Counted from the stretch's first letter, positions 21,418 through 31,564 are shown. The stretch: 64,000 nucleotides of DNA from Candidatus Latescibacterota bacterium (GCA_965219995.1 CBDCOX010000002.1:3968001-4032000), one strand, 5' to 3'. Notes: generated by a model from the letters alone, not told the origin. Numbers and translations: made by a program.

Positions 21418-21486
21418 CGAGGGCATCCTGCCCTCGATTCTCAAGTATCTCCGTCATGGGATGCGCAGAACGCACTGCACCCCACG
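21418..21486. repeat. Two REP-like hairpins
   Basis: CGAGGGCA-TCC-TGCCCTCG (21418-21436) and the imperfect GGGATGCGCAG...CTGCACCCCAC. Confidence 0.45.
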
Positions 21487-21658
21487 CAGGGCCATTCACG
21501 TTGCATGGCGTTTAGCCGAAAGACAAGAAAATTACTACAGGATTGCGGCAATACGGCACACGCCGTTTCGCACCGATACCTTTTGTGCTCTTTGTGCTTT
21601 TTGTGGTCAATTTGACGGTTTTCTATTTTCGAATCTACGCAAATCCCTGAGGAGTTGA

Positions 21659-22930
21659 GTGGCGGCATTGCAGACAGCGTTATTCGACCGGCCAGACACG
21701 ACAACGGGACCGCTATCTTACAACGAATTCCTGGATCACATTGAGAGTTTCGACGAATTTAACAAGCAAACCCAGGTCCTGGAATTCCCGGATGCGGATT
21801 TCGACATATCCGTCTACGTCAATGAGTTCTGGACGTCGAGACAAAGAGCGGCCAATTCGCTTCACGAGGTTTCGTACCGCGCCTGTTTCAAGCCCCAGTT
21901 GCCCCGGTTTTTCATCGAGCGGCTGACCGCTCCCGGTAACGCGGTCTACGATCCCTTCCTGGGCCGCGGAACCACCGTCGTCGAGGCAGCGTTGCTGGGG
22001 CGCACGCCCGTTGGGACGGACATAAATCCTCTCAGCGAAATCCTCGTGAAGCCGCGACTCGAGCCGCCCCCGCTTGCTGCAATTCTCGAACGCCTGAGCG
22101 AACTGTCTCTCGAAGGCGAGTGCGACACGTGGGACGACTTGCTGGCGTTCTATCATCCGGAAACCCTGCGGCAGATAACGAATCTGCGGAAATATCTGCT
22201 CGGAAATGCGAAAGAAGGAAGCCTGGATGCCATCGACCGGTGGATCAGGATGGTGGCGACCAACCGATTGACGGGTCATTCTCCCGGTTTCTTTTCGGTT
22301 TACACGCTGCCCCCGAACCAGGCCGTTACCGTCGAGCGACAGCGGGGGATCAACCTGAGTAGAAAGCAGACGCCTCCCGAACGGGACGTTCGGGTATCGA
22401 TTTTGAAGAAATCCAGGTCGCTCCTCGGCAAACTGGAGGGATATGACGCCAGACGGCTGAGAGAGACTTCGGGAAAGGCATTGCTCACGACCGGATCGTC
22501 GCACGACACGCCGGAAATAGCGAGCGATTCGATCAGCCTCGTCGTGACTTCTCCGCCGTTTCTGGACGTGGTGGATTACCAGACGGACAACTGGCTGCGA
22601 TGCTGGTTCAACGGCATCGACGCACAGTCCGTCCGGGCATGGCACTTCAGGAGGCCGCGGGAGTGGCAGGCGGGCATGACGCGGGTGTTCGCCGAACTCA
22701 TGAGGGTCCTCAAGCCGGGAGGATATGTCGCTTTCGAAGTCGGGGAAGTCCGCGGCGGGAAGATCCTCCTGGAATCTCTCGTCGTGCCCGCGGCGGCGGA
22801 AGCGGGTCTGGAACCGCTGTTGGTCCTGGTAAACGACCAGGTCTTCACCAAGACCTCCAACTGCTGGGGCGTGGAGAACCTCAGGAAAGGGACCAATACC
22901 AACAGGATCGTACTCTTGAGGAAGACATGA
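21659..22930 (+). CDS. Amino (N4-C/N6-A) DNA methyltransferase, apparently solitary
   Basis: Motif I 'YDPFLGRGTT' precedes motif IV 'VTSPPF'; 'RVLKPGG'. Confidence 0.85.
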   Translation: MAALQTALFDRPDTTTGPLSYNEFLDHIESFDEFNKQTQVLEFPDADFDISVYVNEFWTSRQRAANSLHEVSYRACFKPQLPRFFIERLTAPGNAVYDPFLGRGTTVVEAALLGRTPVGTDINPLSEILVKPRLEPPPLAAILERLSELSLEGECDTWDDLLAFYHPETLRQITNLRKYLLGNAKEGSLDAIDRWIRMVATNRLTGHSPGFFSVYTLPPNQAVTVERQRGINLSRKQTPPERDVRVSILKKSRSLLGKLEGYDARRLRETSGKALLTTGSSHDTPEIASDSISLVVTSPPFLDVVDYQTDNWLRCWFNGIDAQSVRAWHFRRPREWQAGMTRVFAELMRVLKPGGYVAFEVGEVRGGKILLESLVVPAAAEAGLEPLLVLVNDQVFTKTSNCWGVENLRKGTNTNRIVLLRKT

Positions 22931-22947
22931 GAAGAAAAACCTGACAG

Positions 22948-23077
22948 CGGGGAGACGTTAGACGTAAGACGGGAGATGATGTGAGTGCCCGTTCGGTATG
23001 ATCTCTTGCCGGAGGCACAAAGGAAGAACCAATCGGGCAAGGATTTCTTCTACCGTCTGACGTCTCACGTCTCACCG
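22948..23077. repeat. ~130-bp imperfect palindromic element, copy A
   Basis: Arms of AGACG-containing 7-mers in inverted orientation; 40-bp core 23004-23043 shared with 53119-53158 and 57572-57611. Confidence 0.8.
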
Positions 23078-23112
23078 TCTTTTACCCACCGCCGGGAGGA
23101 GGATTGTGTCGG

Positions 23113-25077
23113 ATGAGTTTTATGAGAGATAATTTCGTGTCAATTGCCACGTTCGCGCTGGTTGCAGTAGCGGGTTTCGCTGCGTCGTGTTCGGACGCGG
23201 TTGCCGACGGGACGACAATACAAGGGTTCTCCGCGAATTCCAACGACAATGCAACCGCGTATTTCCCGGACTTCGACGGTGACGGGTCCGTTGGGTTCAG
23301 CGATTTTGTACAGTTTGCCGAGAGGTTCGGGGCCGGTCAGGGTGACGAGGGATATGCAGCGTGGTTCGATCTGAACGGCGATGGGGAAATCGGGTTTTCG
23401 GACTTTGTGGCCTTTGCACAGAACTATGGAAAGGACGATTCTTCCTCTGGACTGAAACCCTGGGACCTTTCCCGGATTGTGCCGATCGACTCGGTCCGGA
23501 CGGTGCCAACGGGCAGGCGTGTTTTCATGCGGACCGAATTCGACAACGGCGAACTCGTGGACCTGGAAATGAAATTCATCCAGGTGGTGGACGATTTCCT
23601 GCCGCCCATGCCGGTCTACATGGTAGAGGCCTCCGATTCCTTGCTTGTCAGCCTGGGAGGCATATCCAAGGGCATGAGCGGCTCTCCCATCTTTACGGTG
23701 CAGGGCGTCTGGGGCGCGATCGCCTACGGCTTTAACGCCCAGGACAGCCCGCCGTACTACTTTTTTGCCACGCCCATCGAATGGGTCATCGGAGAACGCG
23801 GAACGGTACCGTTAGCCAAACGCGCGGCCGCGTGGGGGGGAAGCCAGATCGTACCCCTGGAAATCCCGCTCTTGAGTACCGGTCTCAATCCGGCGCATCT
23901 GCCAGCGGAAGGGAGTCCGTCTTTTTTGAGCGACGCAGTCTCCGCAGGCCTGACCACGCGACGTCAGACCAGCTTTGCGCCCGGCAGGCCGCTTGCGGTC
24001 GGTTTGCTGCTGGGCGAATTGACACTCGGCGCCTTTGGGACCATCTCCTTCGTGGATGGCGACCGGGTCTATGGTTTCGGACATCCCATGGATGACGCCG
24101 GTCCGGTAGCGTTGCCGATCATCGAGGCCGTCGTGCTGGGGGAAATCTCGCAATTGTCTGCGCCGTTCAAGTTCGTGACGCTGAACCCGACTGTGCGCGG
24201 CACGCTCACCGAAGACCGCCTGCCCGGGGTCCGGGGCGTGCTTGGCGAGGGGCCGGACCTGGTATCGATCAGAAGCACGTATGCGTTTCCATCGGGAGGC
24301 GTCGTGGAGCTATTGCATCAGATGCCGGCCGCCGGTATGAGCTCGCGGATGTCGGCCGATATTGCCGCCGGTGCGATGTTCAGGCCGCTGATGAACCGCG
24401 TCGAACTGGACCCGGACCACAGCATTCGCGTTGCCGCGAATATTTCCTTTGACGGTACGGATTCCACGCTCGTGCGTACCCGACTCTACGCCTCACCGGA
24501 AGGTCGGCTCCGTTCGCTGATTCGTGAGGCCCTTGCCGACCTTTCGTCTGCGCTTTCCAGGTTAACGTCGAGGGACGATATCGCGTTGCACGTGGCGGAC
24601 GCCGGGGTTCATGTCGAGGTGATCGCGGAGCCCCGGTTCGCAAAGATCGTCGGAACGGCCGCGGACACCGTCATCGCTCCCGGAGACTCGCTGGCGGTTA
24701 GCGCCGCACTGCGGGTTGGGCGGCGCATCGACCGTGAGCTCGAACTAACGCTGGCCGTGCCGGATACGTTTCCCGCGGGCGTCTACACGCTTGAGGTGGG
24801 TTCGGTCGCGACGCTCGAGGGCGCCGGCGGCCCTCCCTTCTTCGGCCGTTTTGGCGAGGAGACGCTCGACGAGGCGTTCACATCGGCCAATGCCGAGGAC
24901 AAGAACGTGTTGCTGATGGCCCGGTTGACGTTTGAGTCGCCGCTCCAGCCGACCGGACCGCCGGGCAGAGGTCCGCAGGGTCCCCGGCCGATGGTCTCCG
25001 CACAAAAGGGCGTCGATCTGGTTCTGGCGGGCTCGGCGGACGCGCTCGTCAAGGTCATCCCGTCGGCAGGGCCGTGA
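23113..25077 (+). CDS. SpoIVB peptidase S55 domain protein with N-terminal dockerin-like EF-hand pair
   Basis: 'GGISKGMSGSPI', 'GAIAYGF', 'GTISFVDGDRVYGFGHP'; N-terminal 'DFDGDGSVGFSDF...FDLNGDGEIGFSDF'. Start is 23104 or 23113. Confidence 0.8.
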   Translation: MSFMRDNFVSIATFALVAVAGFAASCSDAVADGTTIQGFSANSNDNATAYFPDFDGDGSVGFSDFVQFAERFGAGQGDEGYAAWFDLNGDGEIGFSDFVAFAQNYGKDDSSSGLKPWDLSRIVPIDSVRTVPTGRRVFMRTEFDNGELVDLEMKFIQVVDDFLPPMPVYMVEASDSLLVSLGGISKGMSGSPIFTVQGVWGAIAYGFNAQDSPPYYFFATPIEWVIGERGTVPLAKRAAAWGGSQIVPLEIPLLSTGLNPAHLPAEGSPSFLSDAVSAGLTTRRQTSFAPGRPLAVGLLLGELTLGAFGTISFVDGDRVYGFGHPMDDAGPVALPIIEAVVLGEISQLSAPFKFVTLNPTVRGTLTEDRLPGVRGVLGEGPDLVSIRSTYAFPSGGVVELLHQMPAAGMSSRMSADIAAGAMFRPLMNRVELDPDHSIRVAANISFDGTDSTLVRTRLYASPEGRLRSLIREALADLSSALSRLTSRDDIALHVADAGVHVEVIAEPRFAKIVGTAADTVIAPGDSLAVSAALRVGRRIDRELELTLAVPDTFPAGVYTLEVGSVATLEGAGGPPFFGRFGEETLDEAFTSANAEDKNVLLMARLTFESPLQPTGPPGRGPQGPRPMVSAQKGVDLVLAGSADALVKVIPSAGP

Positions 25078-25137
25078 ACCCGGCGATAGGCCAACATGCC
25101 ATTCTGAGCGAAGCCGACGAGTTCTGTGGGTGTTGCC

Positions 25138-26160
25138 ATGTCAAATGAAGACGTCGGGATCGGAATCATCGGCGGCGGAAAGGCCGGACGGAATTTTGCC
25201 ATGGCCATCCGGTCCTGCGCGGGCGCCGAAGTGCGGATGTTCTGTACGCGGCACGAGGATTCGGCCCGGGCGGCGGCGCAATCCTGCGGGGTCGCAGGGT
25301 GGACCACGGAATACCGGTCCATGTTGCGGGACCCGGATATCCAGGCGATCATCGTGGCCACGCCCGATGAATTCCACTGTGAGCATACGGTCCTGGCCGC
25401 CCGCGCGAAAAAACACGTGCTTTGCGAGAAACCAATGTGCCGCTCCGAGGAGGAGGCGGACCGGATGATCGCGGAAACGGGTGGGAACGGCGTGATCCTG
25501 ATGGTCGGGTTCACCGAGCGGTACAGCCATCCCTGCGCCGAAGCCAGGAGACGGATCGACGCCGGCGAGATCGGCACGCCCAGGATGATGTTCGCCAGAA
25601 GGTGCCATCCACGATCGGTCCTGAGAAATCGCGCGTGGGTCAACGACGATGAAACCGGCGGGGTCCTGAACTATGCCGGCCCGCACAACATCGATCTGGT
25701 CTGCTGGCTGATGGGGGGCGCACCGGAACGGGTATACGGCGAGATGGGGCAGCTTATTCTGGAAGACCAGGATTTTACAGATTGTGCGGTGATGACGTTC
25801 AGGTTTCCCAACGGCTCTATCGCGGCGCTCTACGAGACCTTCGCGTATCCGGGGACCTATCCCCACGGCGTGGACCGGAACATCGAGATCCTGGGAGACC
25901 GCGGCGTCCTGCACGTGGATTTCATGTCGCAGCCGCTGAAGGCGTTTACGGATGAGGGACACCAGGTGGCCGATTCGATTACGTGGCCTGCGTCCGATCG
26001 CGGGATTCAGGGCGCGTTGCTGGCGGAAGTGGAGCACTTCATCCGGTGCGTACGGGAAGGAAGAACGCCGCTGACGACGGGCGAGGACGGGAAACTCGCC
26101 ATGAGGATCGCGCTTGCCGCAAGAATGGCCGCCGATACGGGAAAGGCGATTTCCATATAG
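25138..26160 (+). CDS. Gfo/Idh/MocA family oxidoreductase
   Basis: 'GIIGGG', 'ATPD..H', 'HVLCEKP', 'GPHNID'. Confidence 0.9.
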   Translation: MSNEDVGIGIIGGGKAGRNFAMAIRSCAGAEVRMFCTRHEDSARAAAQSCGVAGWTTEYRSMLRDPDIQAIIVATPDEFHCEHTVLAARAKKHVLCEKPMCRSEEEADRMIAETGGNGVILMVGFTERYSHPCAEARRRIDAGEIGTPRMMFARRCHPRSVLRNRAWVNDDETGGVLNYAGPHNIDLVCWLMGGAPERVYGEMGQLILEDQDFTDCAVMTFRFPNGSIAALYETFAYPGTYPHGVDRNIEILGDRGVLHVDFMSQPLKAFTDEGHQVADSITWPASDRGIQGALLAEVEHFIRCVREGRTPLTTGEDGKLAMRIALAARMAADTGKAISI

Positions 26161-26214
26161 TGCGTGCGCTGGTACTTCAGCGGACGGTGCAGGTATTCCA
26201 TCGGAGGGAAATCC

Positions 26215-29200
26215 ATGCTGACCATCGATCGGGACGCGCCGGTCCCCGAGCCGGGGAGATCCATCTGGTACACGGTGGATGGGATTCGCCGGGCCCGGAA
26301 GAATATCCGCACGCAGGAATGGGCCGCGAAAGAGTGGGAGCGGATCAGCGAAGTCGCGGAGAAGTGGGTCCGGGTTTCCGATGAGGACATCCTGGCGCTC
26401 GTGCCGGCCAGGGGGTCGATCTTCTGCAGCGGGCGGAACGGGAGTCCCTGCTGCAAGGCGGCCTGGCGGTGCGAGGTGTCGCGGCCCCGCCGTGCATTCT
26501 GCGGGGATTGCGGGCGCGAATACCCGGACAACGGGAAAGGGTCTCCATTCCGCGACGAGGGACGCGGTTTCTACTACGAAGGGAAATGGTTCGCGCCTGT
26601 GCCCGTGTGGAACAGTTTCATCGTGAGTATGCTGAGCACCTACTCGTACGGCTCCGGCGGGCCCACCGACAACGCGCTGTTGAATCTGGCCCTGGCCTAC
26701 GCGATAACCGGCGAGACCCGGTTCGGCGAAAAGGCCCTGCTGATCTACGACGCGCTGGCCACGCTCGCGCCCACGACCATCGGTCCGCTGGACATCCCGG
26801 AGGGCGAGGACCGGGAGATGGGGCGCATGCACGCCGAGACGTGCCACGTCAACCGGCAGCGGTTCGTGGACATGCAGGCGTACGACCTGATCTCCGGTCT
26901 TCCCTCGATGGACGGGATTTCACCGACACGGGGGGATGGACGCATCAGCATCAGGGAGAATATCGCGGAGGGCATGCTGGAAGATTACGTGATGACGGAA
27001 GGGGGCGGGTACAATCTGCGTGAAGGAAACATCACCCATTTCCAGAATCACGAACTGGATGGGTTCCGGGCGCTGCTGTCCATCGGCCTGGCGACCGGCA
27101 GACCCGATTTCATCACGTGGGCGGGAGGGGCATTCCGGTCCTTTCTCGATAATGTGCTCGGCAGGGACGGAGGATACTACGAGAACTCCGAGATGTACGC
27201 GTATTTCTCCGGTACGCTGATGCAGGACGTGGCGGAGCTGATGTACCATTACGATCCCGGCAGGTACGCTTCACCGGAAGATTACCCGACGGCGGCGGAG
27301 TTGATGGGGATGAAGAACGCCTTCGATCATCCCCGCCTCGTCCGGCTGTGCCTGGAGTACACGGAACTGATCCGGGCGTGCGGCCGCATCCCCTCTTATG
27401 GAAACACGAATGCGCTCCCGGGGTACCGGCCGCCGTCGGAACGCCAGGTGATGCCGTCGCACTGGTCGCTGCTGGAACGGCTCTACTTCCGGAGCGATAA
27501 CCCGGAAACGAGACTGCAGGCGGAGGAAGTGATGCTGGACCTGTCCGATGGCGCCGCTGAAAACGTCCGCAACGGCACGTGGGCGCTGTTCAATACCGAA
27601 CCCGGTCCTGCCGGTGAAGAAGGGGCCGGACCCGCCCGCGGCTCTTCCTTTGTCGGTCACAAGGGCGTGGTGGTCCTGCGCAGCGGGACCGGCGACCGGT
27701 CGCGCGCGCTGATTGTGCGGGGAGGGGCGAATCTTCTGTCGCAGGACGACCAGCTGGCGGTGTTTCTGTACGACAAGGGCCGCACGGTCATCGAAGACGT
27801 GGGGTACGCCCTGGCCGGTTCACACGTGCACAAAGGGTGGGGAATGCGGGCGATCTCGCACGCGATGGTGACCGTGGACGAGGACATGCCAACGTCGCAG
27901 GGCTACGAATTCGTGCCGAGCGCGGACCTGGTCGCCTTCGAGGACCTGGGCGGTGTGAAGATCGCGGAGTACTCCGCGCCGCTGTCACGGATCCACCAGG
28001 GCGCAACCGAGTACCGACGGGCGCTGATCTTCTGCGACGTGAACGAAGGGACCTCCTATACACTGGACCTGTTCCTGGTGACCGGAGGGCGCATCCACGA
28101 CTACGCGATGAACGGGCCGAAGTTTTTCGAGGGGGATGCGGGATCGTTCTCGCTTACAGGCGTGTCGCCCGAGGCCCGTTCGGGCGTCTGGACGCTGGCG
28201 GCGCTGGGGACCCTGGACGGTTCCGAAGAGGCCAACGCGTCGGGAAAAAGCTGGGGAGAGCGAATCGGTCCGAACGATCGCATCCAGGGCGTGGCCGCCT
28301 CGGACGGCAGCCCGCTGCCCTACGGGTGGCTGCCGCCGCCGGGAAACGGGTACGCGTTCATCCACGACGTCAAGACCACCCCGCTGGAACGGGATGCGTA
28401 CGCGCACTGGCGATTCGGCGACCTGCGCGATACCCATTTCGGCGTCTTGTTTCCTGCCGACCCTGCCGCGACCCTGATCGCCGCGAAGGGTCCCGACTTG
28501 AAAGGCGAACAGCAGATCGACAGACTGATCGTCCGCCGGGAAGGGGAGGATCTGAAGAGCCTGTTCATCAGTGCATTCGAGGCGTTTTCGGGTTCGCGCA
28601 ACGTGACGGGCGTCCGGGTGCTCGCGCGGGACCCTCAAAACGGGAACGTCGCGGCGCGGGTTGAACTGGCGGACGGCAGGCGGGATACGGTATTATTCTC
28701 GAGAGGCGGCCGGATGGAACTCGAGGATCCCGAAGGGGTGCCAATCGCGCTGGCGGGGCGATTCGGAGTCGTTCGGGAAGGGAACGGCGAGGTGACGCTG
28801 TTCCTGGTGGAAGGGACGCGCCTGCGGTTTGGCGACGCGGTAACGACACTCCCGCAAGCGCGTTTCGAAGCCCGGATCGCGGAAATGGACGCCGATGCGG
28901 AAACCGTGACGATCGACCGGGGTCTGCCGGGCGGGATGCGGTTGGAGGACCGTCTGTGCCGGGTCGGATCGGGCGATTCCGAGGCGCCGTATTCTCACCG
29001 CTCGGGATATCGTGTCGTCGCCGCCGAGGCCGGCGAAGCCGCCCGGCTGGCTCTGCAGCACGGCGACCCGCGGCTGGTCAGGGGCAGGGTTGTCTCTGTC
29101 GAAGCCCCGGATATTCTGCACTGCGATGTTCCGATCGCGTTTGCCTGGGGATTCAACAACAGCGGTGACAAAGGTGAATACATGCGAAAGGTGCTGCGGA

Positions 29201-29376
29201 CGGAGGACGGGTCGTTCGCGTCCCGGATCGTCGAACTGCTGGCGTTCAAGAAGATCCGGCTGGAGTCGGTTGCGGGGCTGCGAGAGGGCCTGCGCTTTGT
29301 GATTCTGGACTTCAAGCCAGGCGATCGGATCTCGATTCCGAATTCCGGGAGCTCGGTCCTGTCACGGAGACGCTGA
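26215..29376 (+). CDS. Large heparinase II/III-like (alginate/oligosaccharide lyase-like) protein with N-terminal Cys cluster
   Basis: GGAGG RBS; 'QNH', 'DGGYYENS..Y', 'DVGY', 'SHAMVTVD', 'YRRAL', 'DLFLVTGG..HDY'; 'CGDCGREYPDN'. Confidence 0.65.
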   Translation: MLTIDRDAPVPEPGRSIWYTVDGIRRARKNIRTQEWAAKEWERISEVAEKWVRVSDEDILALVPARGSIFCSGRNGSPCCKAAWRCEVSRPRRAFCGDCGREYPDNGKGSPFRDEGRGFYYEGKWFAPVPVWNSFIVSMLSTYSYGSGGPTDNALLNLALAYAITGETRFGEKALLIYDALATLAPTTIGPLDIPEGEDREMGRMHAETCHVNRQRFVDMQAYDLISGLPSMDGISPTRGDGRISIRENIAEGMLEDYVMTEGGGYNLREGNITHFQNHELDGFRALLSIGLATGRPDFITWAGGAFRSFLDNVLGRDGGYYENSEMYAYFSGTLMQDVAELMYHYDPGRYASPEDYPTAAELMGMKNAFDHPRLVRLCLEYTELIRACGRIPSYGNTNALPGYRPPSERQVMPSHWSLLERLYFRSDNPETRLQAEEVMLDLSDGAAENVRNGTWALFNTEPGPAGEEGAGPARGSSFVGHKGVVVLRSGTGDRSRALIVRGGANLLSQDDQLAVFLYDKGRTVIEDVGYALAGSHVHKGWGMRAISHAMVTVDEDMPTSQGYEFVPSADLVAFEDLGGVKIAEYSAPLSRIHQGATEYRRALIFCDVNEGTSYTLDLFLVTGGRIHDYAMNGPKFFEGDAGSFSLTGVSPEARSGVWTLAALGTLDGSEEANASGKSWGERIGPNDRIQGVAASDGSPLPYGWLPPPGNGYAFIHDVKTTPLERDAYAHWRFGDLRDTHFGVLFPADPAATLIAAKGPDLKGEQQIDRLIVRREGEDLKSLFISAFEAFSGSRNVTGVRVLARDPQNGNVAARVELADGRRDTVLFSRGGRMELEDPEGVPIALAGRFGVVREGNGEVTLFLVEGTRLRFGDAVTTLPQARFEARIAEMDADAETVTIDRGLPGGMRLEDRLCRVGSGDSEAPYSHRSGYRVVAAEAGEAARLALQHGDPRLVRGRVVSVEAPDILHCDVPIAFAWGFNNSGDKGEYMRKVLRTEDGSFASRIVELLAFKKIRLESVAGLREGLRFVILDFKPGDRISIPNSGSSVLSRRR

Positions 29377-29581
29377 ACCCGGATCTGCAACCCCCCGTGC
29401 CGGCAATGCCGCCATCGCGGCCCTCTGTGCGGCATAGGGATCTGATGCGGGGGGCCTTTTTCCTTTAAATTTCCGCGAATGTTCGATATTATGCATGGCA
29501 GCGGACTTCAGCCGACGTGACGCCGGGAATGACCGGCGATAAAAGACGAGCCAGTTCATTCCATATCACCGGGGGACGGTC

Positions 29582-31546
29582 ATGCAGCAAACACAGCCGG
29601 ATTCACGTCCTGAAGCGACTGCCGGTCCGGAACGATGGGGCGTCACCGCGCGAGCGGTTGCCATCGGGCTTGGCGTAGCCCTGTTCATACAGGGCTGGGG
29701 CATCTTTTCGAGCCGGGTAATCCGTTCGTCCGGCGTGACGGCCGGTTTTCTTTCGCCGGCCCTGTTCATCGCGATCCTGCTCGTCCTGTTCGTCCTGAAT
29801 CCGTTCCTGAAGCGGGTTGTCCGTTCCGGCGGCCTGAGCCTCGCGGAGATGCTGACGATATTCGCGATGGGGCTGATGGGCGGCGCTCCCATCGCGGCCC
29901 TGTACGCCTTTATCACGATTCCCTACTACCTGGCCACCCCTGAAAACCAGTGGGGCAACCTCCTGCACCCGAACCTGCCTTCATGGGTCGCGCCCCTCGA
30001 CGTGGACGGCGCCGTCACGCTTCTGTTCAACGGCCTGCCGGACGGGCAGGGTACGATACCATGGGGGGCATGGGTCGTGCCCATGTTCTGGTGGGTGCTT
30101 CTGTTCTGCGTGCTGGCATTCGCCGCGGCTTCGATTTCCGTGGTACTCCGGAAACAGTGGGTGGAACACGAGCGGCTGCGGTACCCGGTACTGGAACCGA
30201 TCGTGGAGATGGCCAGGGGCTCGGAATCCGGCGGGTGGTGGCCGCAGTTCGCCCGCGGAAAGCTGTTCTGGTTCGGGGCAGGATTCGCCTTCGTCTTTAT
30301 CTTCTGGAACGCGCTGCCCTGGATCTCTCCGGCTTTTCCCGAAATGCCGGTTCGCGGGCGGGTGTATGCCTTCTTCGGGCGGGATATGCCGCCCATGTTC
30401 AGCTATATCGATCCGTTTTCATTCGCGTTCTCCTATTTTGCAAATCTGGACGTCCTGTTCAGCGTGTGGTTCTTCTTCGCCGTGTTCGTTCTGGAATTCG
30501 GGGTTTTCAACCGGCTGGGCTACAGCATCGGCGGCAGAGGCGACCGGTACGGATCCTACGATGCCGCGTCGAGCTGGCAGGGCCTCGGCGCGTTTTGCGT
30601 CTTTGTATTATTCGGCCTCTGGATGGCCAGGCGCCACCTTAAGGACGTGCTGATGAAGGCGTGGCGGTCGGACCATTCCGTGGACGATTCGCGAGAGATG
30701 CTGTCGTACCGGACCGCGGTCGTGGGCGTTGTGGTGGGATTCGTCTTCGCGGTCGTGTGGCTGAACCGGGCGGGGATGGACTTGCAGATGGCGATTCCGC
30801 TCGTGGCGATGCTCTTCGTTCTCTACATCGGCGTCGCGCGGATCATCGCCGAGTCGGGACTGCTGTACGTGCAGGGGCCGATGACGGCGCAGAGCTTCTC
30901 GGTGTATCTGCTGGGCGCGAAAGCGGTGTCGCCGTCGAGCCTGACCACGCTTCTGTTTTCCTATCCGATCCACGCGAATTCGACCTCGCAGATGTCGCAC
31001 GTGGCCAAGGTGGGCGAGCAGATCCGGGACAGGGGACGGCGGCTGTTCTGGGCGGTGGGCCTGTCGTTCCTGGCGACAACCCTGATTGTAATCGTCGGGA
31101 CACTCTATCTGGGCTATACCCGCGGCGCCGAGAATTTCGGACACGGCTTCATCTGCGGGGGTGTGCACAATTTCCCGGATACCGTGAGCAAGATCAAGGA
31201 GCCGTTCGACGTCGACTGGAACCGGATCATGTTTTTCGGCATCGGCGCCGCGGTCATGGCCGTCCTCACGTTTCTCCGGTACCGGTTTCCGTGGTGGCCG
31301 ATCCATCCGGTCGGGTTCGCCATCATGGGGACGGATCTGGTACGGAATTTCGCGCTGACGCTGTTTCTGGCGTGGGCGTGCAAGACGGTGATCCTGCGGG
31401 TTGGCGGAAACACCATGTTCAGACAGGCGCAGCCGTTCTTCCTCGGGCTGCTGGTCGGGCACGTCCTGGGGATCACGGGAGCGTTCCTCGTGGATATGTT
31501 CCTGTTCCCCGGAGCCGGGCATAGCATTCACCCGTGGATAGAATAA
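29582..31546 (+). CDS. Polytopic membrane protein, DUF6785/DUF6784 (OPT-like) family, paralog 1
   Basis: Many hydrophobic segments; 'GVTARA', 'YLATPENQW', 'LRKQW.EHERL.YP', 'RIIAESG', 'WWPIHPVGF', 'PFFLGL'. Confidence 0.75.
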   Translation: MQQTQPDSRPEATAGPERWGVTARAVAIGLGVALFIQGWGIFSSRVIRSSGVTAGFLSPALFIAILLVLFVLNPFLKRVVRSGGLSLAEMLTIFAMGLMGGAPIAALYAFITIPYYLATPENQWGNLLHPNLPSWVAPLDVDGAVTLLFNGLPDGQGTIPWGAWVVPMFWWVLLFCVLAFAAASISVVLRKQWVEHERLRYPVLEPIVEMARGSESGGWWPQFARGKLFWFGAGFAFVFIFWNALPWISPAFPEMPVRGRVYAFFGRDMPPMFSYIDPFSFAFSYFANLDVLFSVWFFFAVFVLEFGVFNRLGYSIGGRGDRYGSYDAASSWQGLGAFCVFVLFGLWMARRHLKDVLMKAWRSDHSVDDSREMLSYRTAVVGVVVGFVFAVVWLNRAGMDLQMAIPLVAMLFVLYIGVARIIAESGLLYVQGPMTAQSFSVYLLGAKAVSPSSLTTLLFSYPIHANSTSQMSHVAKVGEQIRDRGRRLFWAVGLSFLATTLIVIVGTLYLGYTRGAENFGHGFICGGVHNFPDTVSKIKEPFDVDWNRIMFFGIGAAVMAVLTFLRYRFPWWPIHPVGFAIMGTDLVRNFALTLFLAWACKTVILRVGGNTMFRQAQPFFLGLLVGHVLGITGAFLVDMFLFPGAGHSIHPWIE

Positions 31547-31564
31547 GAAGCTGTACGGGGATGG

